Assembly: GCA_964566425.1 (NCBI GenBank)
Contig: CAZMIL010000003.1
Coordinates: 1,203-65,202, forward strand
Direction: 5' to 3'
Length of the DNA: 64,000 nucleotides
Source: an uncultured Gammaproteobacteria bacterium
Lineage (GTDB): Bacteria; Patescibacteriota; Microgenomatia; UBA1406; GWC2-37-13
The stretch's first letter is position 1. Every line of letters starts with the position of its first letter. Under the pieces are notes generated by a model. The model was not told the DNA's origin. It saw only the letters and a program-made list of their open reading frames with translations, and searched no databases. Of the stretch, positions 9,748 through 16,985 are shown piece after piece. A program made the translations under genes and the position numbers.

Positions 9748-10137
9748 CTATTTTTTCGTTTGTTTGAAGATTTTGTCGATTTCGGCAATCAGTTCGAGTA
9801 ATTTCTTGCCGACATTTGGGTCAACCGAATGTTTAGCTTCTCCGGCCTGTTTGGTAGCTTGCCAAAAAAGATCATGGAGCTTGGGAAATTGTTTAAGGTG
9901 TTCGGGTTTAAAATAATCTGTCCAGAGGACCCAGAGATGGTGTTTAACTAACTCTGCCCTTTCTTCTTTAATAATTAATGCTCTGTGGCGAAAAACCTCG
10001 TCAGAGCTATCCTGATATTTGTTCATGATTGCTAGCACCGATTCGGCCTCGATTCTGGCTTGTGCAGGATCATAAACCCCACAGGGAAGATCGCAATGAT
10101 AGGCGACAGGTGAGCGCATAATCTGAATTCTGTTCAT
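9748..10137 (-). CDS. sodN: Nickel superoxide dismutase precursor
   Basis: The Ni-hook HCDLPCGVYDPAQARIEAES follows a 13-aa propeptide MNRIQIMRSPVAY. The start is chosen at ATG 10137, 10 nt after a TATAGT box; the track ORF extends to 10176. Confidence 0.85.
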   Translation of the reverse strand: MNRIQIMRSPVAYHCDLPCGVYDPAQARIEAESVLAIMNKYQDSSDEVFRHRALIIKEERAELVKHHLWVLWTDYFKPEHLKQFPKLHDLFWQATKQAGEAKHSVDPNVGKKLLELIAEIDKIFKQTKK

Positions 10138-10147
10138 AGGAAAGTTA

Positions 10148-10176
10148 ACTATAATCTGCGAACAAAAAATTTTCAA
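10148..10176 (-). promoter_or_regulatory. Promoter TTGAAA-N17-TATAGT for sodN
   Basis: Minus strand: TTGAAA (10176-10171), 17 nt, then TATAGT (10153-10148). Confidence 0.5.
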
Positions 10177-10184
10177 GCCCTAAA

Positions 10185-10649
10185 TTATAAACTGAGAGGA
10201 GTATGGAAGAGAGTGGAATAAAAAAAACTGACTTTTTTGGCTAATTCGATCTCCTGATCATAGGTATGATTGAAAAAAGTGAAACGGTAAAGGCCGTCTG
10301 TAAATAGAGGATATTGAAATTGAACAGGATTTTGTAGTTGCCCGTCAATAGAGGCTATTTCTTGGTCATTAAAATAAACTTTCATCAAAATTTTTTGTGT
10401 AGGGGAAGGTAGTTGATTATCTGGTCCGAGAGAAGTTACCTTGAAGAAAATGCGCTGATTTTGTAGTTTATAATCTACAAGCGAATTTTTGGACAAGGCA
10501 TTTTTCCACAAGTCAGAAAGGAGAACAGAAGCGGTAACTGTTAATTGAGTCGAAAGTTGCTGGGCTTTTACATTAGGGAGGAGATAAAAAAGACCCAAAA
10601 TCAGGATCGAAATGCCCGCCGCCGAAACGGCCCGCCGTCCCCTTATCAT
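10185..10649 (-). CDS. Hypothetical secreted protein
   Basis: 154-aa ORF with an N-terminal signal/TM (AAGISILILGLFYLL). No family recognised. Confidence 0.6.
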   Translation of the reverse strand: MIRGRRAVSAAGISILILGLFYLLPNVKAQQLSTQLTVTASVLLSDLWKNALSKNSLVDYKLQNQRIFFKVTSLGPDNQLPSPTQKILMKVYFNDQEIASIDGQLQNPVQFQYPLFTDGLYRFTFFNHTYDQEIELAKKVSFFYSTLFHTPLSL

Positions 10650-10706
10650 ACTTTGCCTATTATAAGGACAAAAGCTGAGATTTCAAGCAGAGAGAATTAA
10701 TTACCA

Positions 10707-11078
10707 TTAGGAAGCAAGCCGTGAAATAATTTTCTCTATCTCCCTATCGTTGATGCGGTGATATTTTCCACGATGAGAAAGCAGTGCGCCGGAAAAAGTC
10801 TTGGGGATGTGCATGAGTTCATGAATTAGTGTTTTAATTTGCTCACGTTCGGATAATTTATCAAATTTTCGTGCGTTGACCTCAATAATATAATGCGGCT
10901 GTAATCCTACAACGTCAGTGAAAAGTTTAGCCATCCCCCAGATGCGTGCGTAAGCCCTGGTCTTTGCATCGAAACTACGAATGCAGTGAATATTTTTAAT
11001 CTTGATATGTTTTAGATCGAGACTTTTGACCAACGAGTTAACTTTTTTTTGCACATCGAATGCCTTTTTATAAAGCAT
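10707..11078 (-). CDS. Small putative zinc metallopeptidase (HExxH, SprT/DUF45-like)
   Basis: 123 aa with LIHELMHIP (an HExxH motif). Confidence 0.5.
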   Translation of the reverse strand: MLYKKAFDVQKKVNSLVKSLDLKHIKIKNIHCIRSFDAKTRAYARIWGMAKLFTDVVGLQPHYIIEVNARKFDKLSEREQIKTLIHELMHIPKTFSGALLSHRGKYHRINDREIEKIISRLAS

Positions 11079-11152
11079 AAATTCTTATTTATCATAGCAT
11101 TAATTTTTGCTCTTGACAATTTTTTAAGCTTTTATTAAGCTTATCAGCGTTT

Positions 11153-11803
11153 ATGAAATATCAAAAAGGTAAATCTTCAACATGGGTAATTATCTTGGTG
11201 GTTGTAATTCTTTTTCTTTTAGGTGGCTATTTCTATCTTAACAATCGAGGTTCAGCAAAAGTTGGAGGACCTGCATCAAATCTGCAAAAAACTAATGGCA
11301 ATGTTTTCACCAGCATCCAAGATGCGCTTTCAAAATCGCTTTCTTTACAATGTAATTATCCTAATAAAAATGGAGGAGGAAATACCTCCGTTTACATTAA
11401 AGGCGGCGCAGTTAGAATTATGGGCTATGCTACTGCTAACGCCAATCAAGGTCAGCCTCAATATGGTCAGGCCTTGATGAAGGGTGGCAAGATATACATT
11501 TGGGATGATAAAACCAAACAAGGGATGATGATGAGTTTCAATTTGCAAGAAATGATGAAAAATGCTGGTTCGACCAAGGTTACCGCGGCACCACAACAGG
11601 CAACGAATAATCAAGGCGGAGATTTTCTTAAAGGGCTTGAGCAATACAAAAATTATTGTAAGGCTGCTGTAGTATCTGATTCCTATTTCACTGCCCCGAC
11701 AGACGTAAAATTCGTCGATTTTCAACAACAGATAAAAAACAACGGAGTTGACTATCAAAAAACGATGCAACAATACCAACAACAAGCTCCTGCTGGTCAA
11801 TAA
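11153..11803 (+). CDS. Hypothetical membrane-anchored, Q/N-rich protein
   Basis: 216-aa ORF with an N-terminal TM (WVIILVVVILFLLGGYFY). Overlapping ORFs in other frames are judged spurious. Confidence 0.6.
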   Translation: MKYQKGKSSTWVIILVVVILFLLGGYFYLNNRGSAKVGGPASNLQKTNGNVFTSIQDALSKSLSLQCNYPNKNGGGNTSVYIKGGAVRIMGYATANANQGQPQYGQALMKGGKIYIWDDKTKQGMMMSFNLQEMMKNAGSTKVTAAPQQATNNQGGDFLKGLEQYKNYCKAAVVSDSYFTAPTDVKFVDFQQQIKNNGVDYQKTMQQYQQQAPAGQ

Positions 11804-11834
11804 TCCTTCGTATGCTAAAATATACTTATTAAAA

Positions 11835-11911
11835 GACCTCGTAGTTCAATTGGATAGAACGTCGGCTTGCGGAGCCGGTGGTTGGGCGTTCGAATCGCCC
11901 CGAGGTCACCA
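11835..11911 (+). tRNA. tRNA-Arg (anticodon GCG), CCA encoded
   Basis: gacctcg-ta-gttc-aattggata-gaac-g-tcggc-ttGCGga-gccgg-tggtt-gggcg-ttcgaat-cgccc-cgaggtc-a-cca. Confidence 0.85.
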
Positions 11912-11985
11912 GGGGGTGTCGTTCAATGGTAGGACTGCGGTCTCCAAAACCGCCGATGGGAGTTCGATTCTCTCCACCCCTGCCA
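11912..11985 (+). tRNA. tRNA-Trp (anticodon CCA), CCA encoded
   Basis: gggggtg-tc-gttc-aatggta-ggac-t-gcggt-ctCCAaa-accgc-cgat-gggag-ttcgatt-ctctc-cacccct-g-cca. It starts at the base after the CCA of tRNA-Arg. Confidence 0.9.
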
Positions 11986-12142
11986 GCGATGAGGCTCGCG
12001 GTATGCTGCTTTAACTTCAGCTGATAGCTTCTACTTTTTCTCTTATGAACCTAGCACTATTTGTCGCCATTGTTTTTAAGGCGAATTTAAAATTCACGTC
12101 AGTCTTAAGTCGACTTAAAATATAGATTAAAAAGTACTGTCG

Positions 12143-13318
12143 TTAAAGAAGTAATAATAAAGCAATTGCCCCAAGGAAGGCAAACATCGCTCCATATAAA
12201 AAGACCGCAAAATGCCCAACCCTATCCCACAATTGACCTGCAATAACACTTGCGAAAAGCCCGGAGAGTCCAAGAGTAGTACTATACCAACCTATGCCGC
12301 TGGCGCGCAACTTTTCCGGTACAAAATCAGTCGAAAAAGCCTTACCGACCGATCTAAAAATTCCCTGATATAAGCCATAAAGAATGAAAAGAATTCCGAT
12401 TAAATAAACATTTTTAGTCAGCGCGAAACCTAAATAAGTAATGAAGAAAATCAATATAGAAATTAGCAAGATCTGTTTGCGGCCGAGCTTATCAGATAGG
12501 TATCCTGAGGGATAAGAGATGAAAGCAGCAACCAAGTTAAAAGCGGCATAAATAAGAATTGTTAAAGCTAAGGGAACGCCTAAATCTTTGGTCTGCAGAA
12601 TCAGAAATGAATTGCTGGAATTACCGATACCAAAAAGGGCAATGACCCCTAAGTACTTCCAATATTGTTGGGGAAATTTTTCAGTGCGCACGTCCAGTTT
12701 TGCTTTTGGCTCAATTTTGGTCGCTTTTTCTTTTACAAATAAAATCATCAAAAAAGCTAATAATCCTGGGATGACCGCAAGATAAAAGATGTTACGAATA
12801 TTAGTATTGAGACTGAAAAGCAGGACGATTGCCAATAGTGGCCCCAAAAACGCCCCCAAATTGTCGCCGATCCCCTCCAAACCAAAAGCCTTCCCTCGGC
12901 TTTTTTCATCGGCAGAGGAGGCGATTAGCGCATCACGAGGGGCAGAACGTGTGCCTGTCCCTAATCTATCAAGGAAGCGGCTCCCAAGCACGCCTTGCCA
13001 GGCAGTTGAGAGACCGATTAGTGGTTTTGAGACTGCAGCGAGAAAATATCCGACCAAGGCAACAGGCTTTCTTTTGTGAATCTTGTCTGAAAACCATCCG
13101 GAAACGCCCTGAACAATATTTTGGGTTGCCTCAGCTATTCCTTCAACAATTCCGACAACACTGCCCCCTGTCCTCAATGTTTCAGTGAGGAAAATTGGCA
13201 ATATAGGGTAGAGCATTTCGGTTGAAATATCGGCAAATAGACTGCCGAAGGCAAGTAAGACGGTATTGATCGAAAGCCCGTGGAAGTATTTTTTGAAGCG
13301 CGAAGTTTTTCCCACCAA
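12143..13318 (-). CDS. MFS transporter (12 TM)
   Basis: 391-aa polytopic ORF with a typical MFS loop (GWFSDKIHKRKP). The likely true start is GTG 13315, 6 nt after TATAAT (13327-13322). Confidence 0.85.
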   Translation of the reverse strand: MVGKTSRFKKYFHGLSINTVLLAFGSLFADISTEMLYPILPIFLTETLRTGGSVVGIVEGIAEATQNIVQGVSGWFSDKIHKRKPVALVGYFLAAVSKPLIGLSTAWQGVLGSRFLDRLGTGTRSAPRDALIASSADEKSRGKAFGLEGIGDNLGAFLGPLLAIVLLFSLNTNIRNIFYLAVIPGLLAFLMILFVKEKATKIEPKAKLDVRTEKFPQQYWKYLGVIALFGIGNSSNSFLILQTKDLGVPLALTILIYAAFNLVAAFISYPSGYLSDKLGRKQILLISILIFFITYLGFALTKNVYLIGILFILYGLYQGIFRSVGKAFSTDFVPEKLRASGIGWYSTTLGLSGLFASVIAGQLWDRVGHFAVFLYGAMFAFLGAIALLLLL

Positions 13319-13321
13319 TTA

Positions 13322-13327
13322 ATTATA
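13322..13327 (-). promoter_or_regulatory. -10 box TATAAT, 6 nt upstream of GTG 13315 (leaderless-type)
   Basis: Minus strand reads tgtttataat-taattg-GTG. Confidence 0.4.
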
Positions 13328-13350
13328 AACATTTTTCCTTCTGTTTCCTC

Positions 13351-13379
13351 TTGACAAGCATTTCAATTAATGATATATT
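13351..13379 (+). promoter_or_regulatory. Promoter TTGACA-N17-TATATT
   Basis: TTGACA at 13351-13356 and TATATT at 13374-13379, with ATG 13 nt downstream. The TTG start in the ORF track is the -35 box itself. Confidence 0.55.
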
Positions 13380-13392
13380 CGAAATATCGAAT

Positions 13393-13869
13393 ATGTATTA
13401 TGAAGTGTTCAAACTCCACGCCGGACTGCTCAAAGCCCTTTCCCATCCTAAAAGGCTGGAAATAATTCAACTTCTACGAGAACACGAATTGCCGGTGGGC
13501 GAGATTCAAGAGATGCTTGATTTGCCACAGGCGAATCTGAGTCAGCATTTACAGGTCCTTAGGAAAACCGGGGTTGTCAAGACGCGCCGTAATGGTAAAC
13601 AAATTTACTACAGCATTGCTCACAAAAACTTCGTTAAAGCGAGCGATTTATTCCGTGAGATTTTAATTGAAAAAAACCGAAATCAAGTTTCCGACGTTGT
13701 CTTTAGAAAAATGACTGATTTGCTGCCTCTTACTTCTGATCCGGTCTGTGGAATGCGGGTTAGTCCTAAAACCTCGGCTTTTGCTTATAAAGATACTAAC
13801 AACGAATTATTTTTTTGCGGTTCAGGATGTTATGAAAATTTTTTAAAACATCCACATAAATATTTCTAG
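13393..13869 (+). CDS. ArsR/SmtB-family metalloregulator fused to a C-terminal YHS/TRASH-like Cys motif
   Basis: Winged HTH LKALSHPKRLEIIQLL...ANLSQHLQVLRKTGVV. C-terminus PVCGMRV...FFCGSGCYENF. Confidence 0.8.
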   Translation: MYYEVFKLHAGLLKALSHPKRLEIIQLLREHELPVGEIQEMLDLPQANLSQHLQVLRKTGVVKTRRNGKQIYYSIAHKNFVKASDLFREILIEKNRNQVSDVVFRKMTDLLPLTSDPVCGMRVSPKTSAFAYKDTNNELFFCGSGCYENFLKHPHKYF

Positions 13870-13897
13870 GAGCAAAAGACAGATTAATCAGACGAAA

Positions 13898-14836
13898 ATG
13901 AAAAAGAAAAAAGGAAATCCTAATAAAAAATTGCTGATTCTTATTGGAATTGTTTTTGTGATAGATATAGTGACAGCATTTTTTGTTTTTAAACCCCAAT
14001 TTATTGCCTTTTTGCTAAAGAAAAATCTTTCACGGCAGCAACAATCTCAACAGACGGGTGCAAACGATCCTCTTTTGGAAGAAATTAATCCTAGTAAAGG
14101 AGTTGCTTTGAAAGTAAAATACGGAAATCTCGGCCCGGAAATGCTTGCCTCGGGAGTGATAGATTTGGAGAAATTTAAGCAGATCTATACACAGGGCGGA
14201 GATCCGTTGACTCAAGAACAGCTCGATATTTTGACCAAAGGTTCTGATCAAGAAATTGTTATTACTCCTGAGAATTCTCATTTTTTGCTCAACTTTTTTT
14301 GGGCAGCCGGGCTTGCAAATAAAACAAAAATTCTGACGGAAGGGGCAATGGTAAAAAACGGAAATACTGCTAATTTTGCCTCCACAGGCGGGTGGACGAT
14401 AGCAAAACAAGATGCAATGACATATTACGCCAAACAAATTTTGATTCCTTTAACACCGCAACAGGAGGATCTTGTCAACAGGGTTGCCTCAAATATTTAT
14501 CGTCCTTGTTGTGATAATCCAACCAGCTTTCCCGACTGCAATCACGGAATGGCAATGTTGGGAGTCTTAGAATTGATGGCGTCACAGGGAGCGACCGAAC
14601 AACAAATGTATAGTTTGGCAAAGTATGTCAATTCTTATTGGTTCCCGGGGACATATTATGATTTAGCTCAATATTTTAAAGCCAAGGAGGGTAAAAATTT
14701 TAAAGATATTGATGCCAATATAATCTTGGGGAGAAATTATTCTTCGGCTTCGGGCTATGTTGCTGTTAAAGATTGGTTGACCAAAAAAGGGATTGTTAAA
14801 GAACCACCACAGAAAGGAAGAAGCTGTGGGGCATAA
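13898..14836 (+). CDS. Hypothetical membrane-anchored extracytoplasmic protein with a Cys cluster
   Basis: 312-aa ORF with an N-terminal TM and a PCCDNPTSFPDCNHGMAML motif. No family recognised. Confidence 0.65.
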   Translation: MKKKKGNPNKKLLILIGIVFVIDIVTAFFVFKPQFIAFLLKKNLSRQQQSQQTGANDPLLEEINPSKGVALKVKYGNLGPEMLASGVIDLEKFKQIYTQGGDPLTQEQLDILTKGSDQEIVITPENSHFLLNFFWAAGLANKTKILTEGAMVKNGNTANFASTGGWTIAKQDAMTYYAKQILIPLTPQQEDLVNRVASNIYRPCCDNPTSFPDCNHGMAMLGVLELMASQGATEQQMYSLAKYVNSYWFPGTYYDLAQYFKAKEGKNFKDIDANIILGRNYSSASGYVAVKDWLTKKGIVKEPPQKGRSCGA

Positions 14837-14853
14837 GCGAAGGAGGTGATTTC

Positions 14854-14880
14854 ATGAGAAACTTGAAACCTTGTTGTTAA
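14854..14880 (+). CDS. Candidate 8-aa sORF MRNLKPCC behind a perfect extended SD
   Basis: GAAGGAGGTGAT (14840-14850), then ttc, then ATG 14854 ... TAA 14878-14880. Not in the ORF track because it is too short. Confidence 0.2.
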   Translation: MRNLKPCC

Positions 14881-14997
14881 TGATCACAGAATAAAAATTT
14901 TAGTAAGAGGAGATTCTAGATGGATAAAATAGTCAATCATAATTTTTTTGTTTTCCGCACAACCAAGATCTGCTATAGATGTTTGATTTAAGGAACT

Positions 14998-15495
14998 ATG
15001 GCCAAAGGGCTTTTCTTGATAATTGTTTTCGCTATTGCTTTTGCCTTTGTTGAGGCGGCGGCGGTCGTTTATTTGCGACATCTTTTGGGAGCGGCGCAAC
15101 CGGGAATTTCAAAAAAGGAAGTGCTGTTTTTAGTCCCTGGGATCGCTTTTTTGCAACCAGAAGCTGCAGTTAAAATAATAAAGAACGCCTCAATTTTAAA
15201 TGTTGAACGAATTCGTGAGGGCGCGACTTTGGCGATGTTGGTGGCGGCCGGTTGGTTAGCAGGAAAGAAATCGCGAGAGATATTTGCCTATTTTCTCTTA
15301 GCTTTTGGGATCTGGGATATTTTTTACTATGTTTTTTTGCGGCTGACAATCGGCTGGCCCACTAGATTAGGCGATTTAGACATCTTTTTTCTTTTACCAA
15401 CACCTTGGGCAGGGCCTGTTTTTGTCCCGATTTTGATTTCGTTATTTTTTGTCGCCGGTTCGCTATTATATATTTCAAAAACTAGAGATGGATAA
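14998..15495 (+). CDS. Hypothetical integral membrane protein (about 4-5 TM)
   Basis: 165-aa hydrophobic ORF. Confidence 0.65.
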   Translation: MAKGLFLIIVFAIAFAFVEAAAVVYLRHLLGAAQPGISKKEVLFLVPGIAFLQPEAAVKIIKNASILNVERIREGATLAMLVAAGWLAGKKSREIFAYFLLAFGIWDIFYYVFLRLTIGWPTRLGDLDIFFLLPTPWAGPVFVPILISLFFVAGSLLYISKTRDG

Positions 15496-15616
15496 GGAGA
15501 CGGTGTATACCTGTCCGATGCATCCCGAGATCCAGCAGGATAAGCCAGGCAGATGTCCGGAGTGCGGAATGTATCTGGTTCCTGCTAAGAAGGAAAAAAA
15601 AGATCAGGATAAATAA
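15488..15616 (+). CDS. 42-aa heavy-metal-binding-domain (HMBD-like) small protein
   Basis: ATG 15488 overlaps the stop of the upstream gene by 8 nt. [42 protein letters not shown] carries the YTCPMHPE...PGxCPxCGM motif known from N-termini of Cu/Ag efflux proteins. Not in the ORF track (<60 aa). Confidence 0.6.
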   Translation: MDKETVYTCPMHPEIQQDKPGRCPECGMYLVPAKKEKKDQDK

Positions 15617-15696
15617 CGCATCAAGGGTATAAAAACATGAAGGTTAAAGCAAGCCCCGGGGTTTACGTTCCGGATGGAAGTTGTTCATAAACTTGT

Positions 15697-15702
15697 TATA
15701 AT
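15697..15702 (+). promoter_or_regulatory. Extended -10 (TGtTATAAT), 6 nt before ATG 15709 (leaderless-type)
   Basis: The sequence reads cttgttataat-tttttt-ATG. Confidence 0.45.
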
Positions 15703-15708
15703 TTTTTT

Positions 15709-16275
15709 ATGCCTCCTTTTAAAAAATGGTTTTATACACTGTTGCGGCGGTGGCTACCTTTGGCAATTACACTCTCAGTAATTTCACTGATGGTTTATGT
15801 TGTGATTCTACAATCTTTTCGACAAACTGCCAACGATCCACAGATTCAGATGGCCGAAGATGCAGCCGCAGATCTTGCTCAAGGCTTCAATCCCTCGGCA
15901 GTTCTGCCTGGAAAAAACATTGATATCGCTAAAAGCCTTTCTCCTTATATGATTGTTTACGGTGAAAGTGGTAATGCTATAGTTGGATCGGGGTTATTGG
16001 CTGAAAAACTACCTACCCCACCCGCTGGCGTTTTTGATTTTGCGCGGCAAAACGGCAGAGATATCATCACCTGGCAACCACAAAATGGTGTTCGCAATGC
16101 AATCATCGTTGTCTATTACAAAGGTCAGGATACTAAAGGTCAAAATGTTTCAGGTTTTGTGTTGGTTGGAAAATCTTTACGTGAAATTGAAGCCAGAGAA
16201 AGCAATATGTCTTTGATTATCTTGCTGGGGTGGTTGACAGGGTTGTTTGCAACTTTTATTGTTTCCTTACTCTAA
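15709..16275 (+). CDS. Hypothetical protein with N- and C-terminal TM helices
   Basis: 188-aa ORF. No family recognised. Confidence 0.65.
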   Translation: MPPFKKWFYTLLRRWLPLAITLSVISLMVYVVILQSFRQTANDPQIQMAEDAAADLAQGFNPSAVLPGKNIDIAKSLSPYMIVYGESGNAIVGSGLLAEKLPTPPAGVFDFARQNGRDIITWQPQNGVRNAIIVVYYKGQDTKGQNVSGFVLVGKSLREIEARESNMSLIILLGWLTGLFATFIVSLL

Positions 16276-16290
16276 AAACGTAAAAACCTC

Positions 16291-16319
16291 TTGACAAAGA
16301 CTATATCCTCCTTTATAAA
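16291..16319 (+). promoter_or_regulatory. Promoter TTGACA-N17-TATAAA
   Basis: TTGACA at 16291-16296 and TATAAA at 16314-16319. Confidence 0.5.
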
Positions 16320-16375
16320 ATAACTAAATGAGAGCCTTGGTTTTACTTATAGAGAGGACGGTGGGTTTAACCTAG

Positions 16376-16978
16376 ATGGCCTTGGCCGAATCCGAAGCCC
16401 GTTGGGGCAAACGTCAAAGTTGGGTTGCCGAAGCGGAAGCCGCCTTTGCCCGCGGGCGGACATATCCTGAAATTCAGCAGACTTGCCGCACAGAATTTGT
16501 ACATCCCGAATATGATATTTTTATTGGTTATGCAACACATTGGCGATTAAAACCAACATCCGCTGCAAATTTTTTGCTTGGGGAACAAAGAGCCTATATT
16601 GAAAAAATATCTGCCGAAGATGAAATAATAGAAACGAAAGAAAGCTATTTAAAGCGCGTACTATCGTCTATAAACAGACACTTGCTGTCAAGAAGGCGTG
16701 TCTCATCAGCCCTCACTCCCGAACAGTTTTATAAATCGCTGGAGATAATTCTATTACCCGAGAATAAGCGTTTTTTGAGCAATTTAGCTGAGGCTTTCGA
16801 TTGGGAAGGAGTTAATTTAGGAGGATCTTCGCAAGAAGGAATTATTTTAACCGGCTTACTGCCGCAGCCGAAAGATGATGAAAAACCACCACTGTATTTG
16901 GCCGGTCTGCCTGTTAGTGAAGAATATGCATCTATTTACGAACCAACTAGACCGTTAAAGTTGGTTGAATTGAAGTAA
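16376..16978 (+). CDS. Hypothetical protein
   Basis: 200-aa ORF whose first ~100 nt are noticeably GC-richer. No family recognised. Confidence 0.55.
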   Translation: MALAESEARWGKRQSWVAEAEAAFARGRTYPEIQQTCRTEFVHPEYDIFIGYATHWRLKPTSAANFLLGEQRAYIEKISAEDEIIETKESYLKRVLSSINRHLLSRRRVSSALTPEQFYKSLEIILLPENKRFLSNLAEAFDWEGVNLGGSSQEGIILTGLLPQPKDDEKPPLYLAGLPVSEEYASIYEPTRPLKLVELK

Positions 16979-16985
16979 CTATTGT

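Noticed and set aside
11223-11800. ORFs 11223..11477 (+) and 11345..11800 (-) overlapping the 216-aa gene
   Set aside because: They lie entirely within a longer ORF that has a TM anchor and a promoter-proximal start, and they have no start signals of their own.
13351-13392. TTG start extending the ArsR-type ORF by 14 codons (ORF track 13351..13869)
   Set aside because: The TTG is the first three bases of a TTGACA -35 box with a TATATT -10 box 17 nt downstream. The ATG at 13393 is the first start after the predicted TSS.
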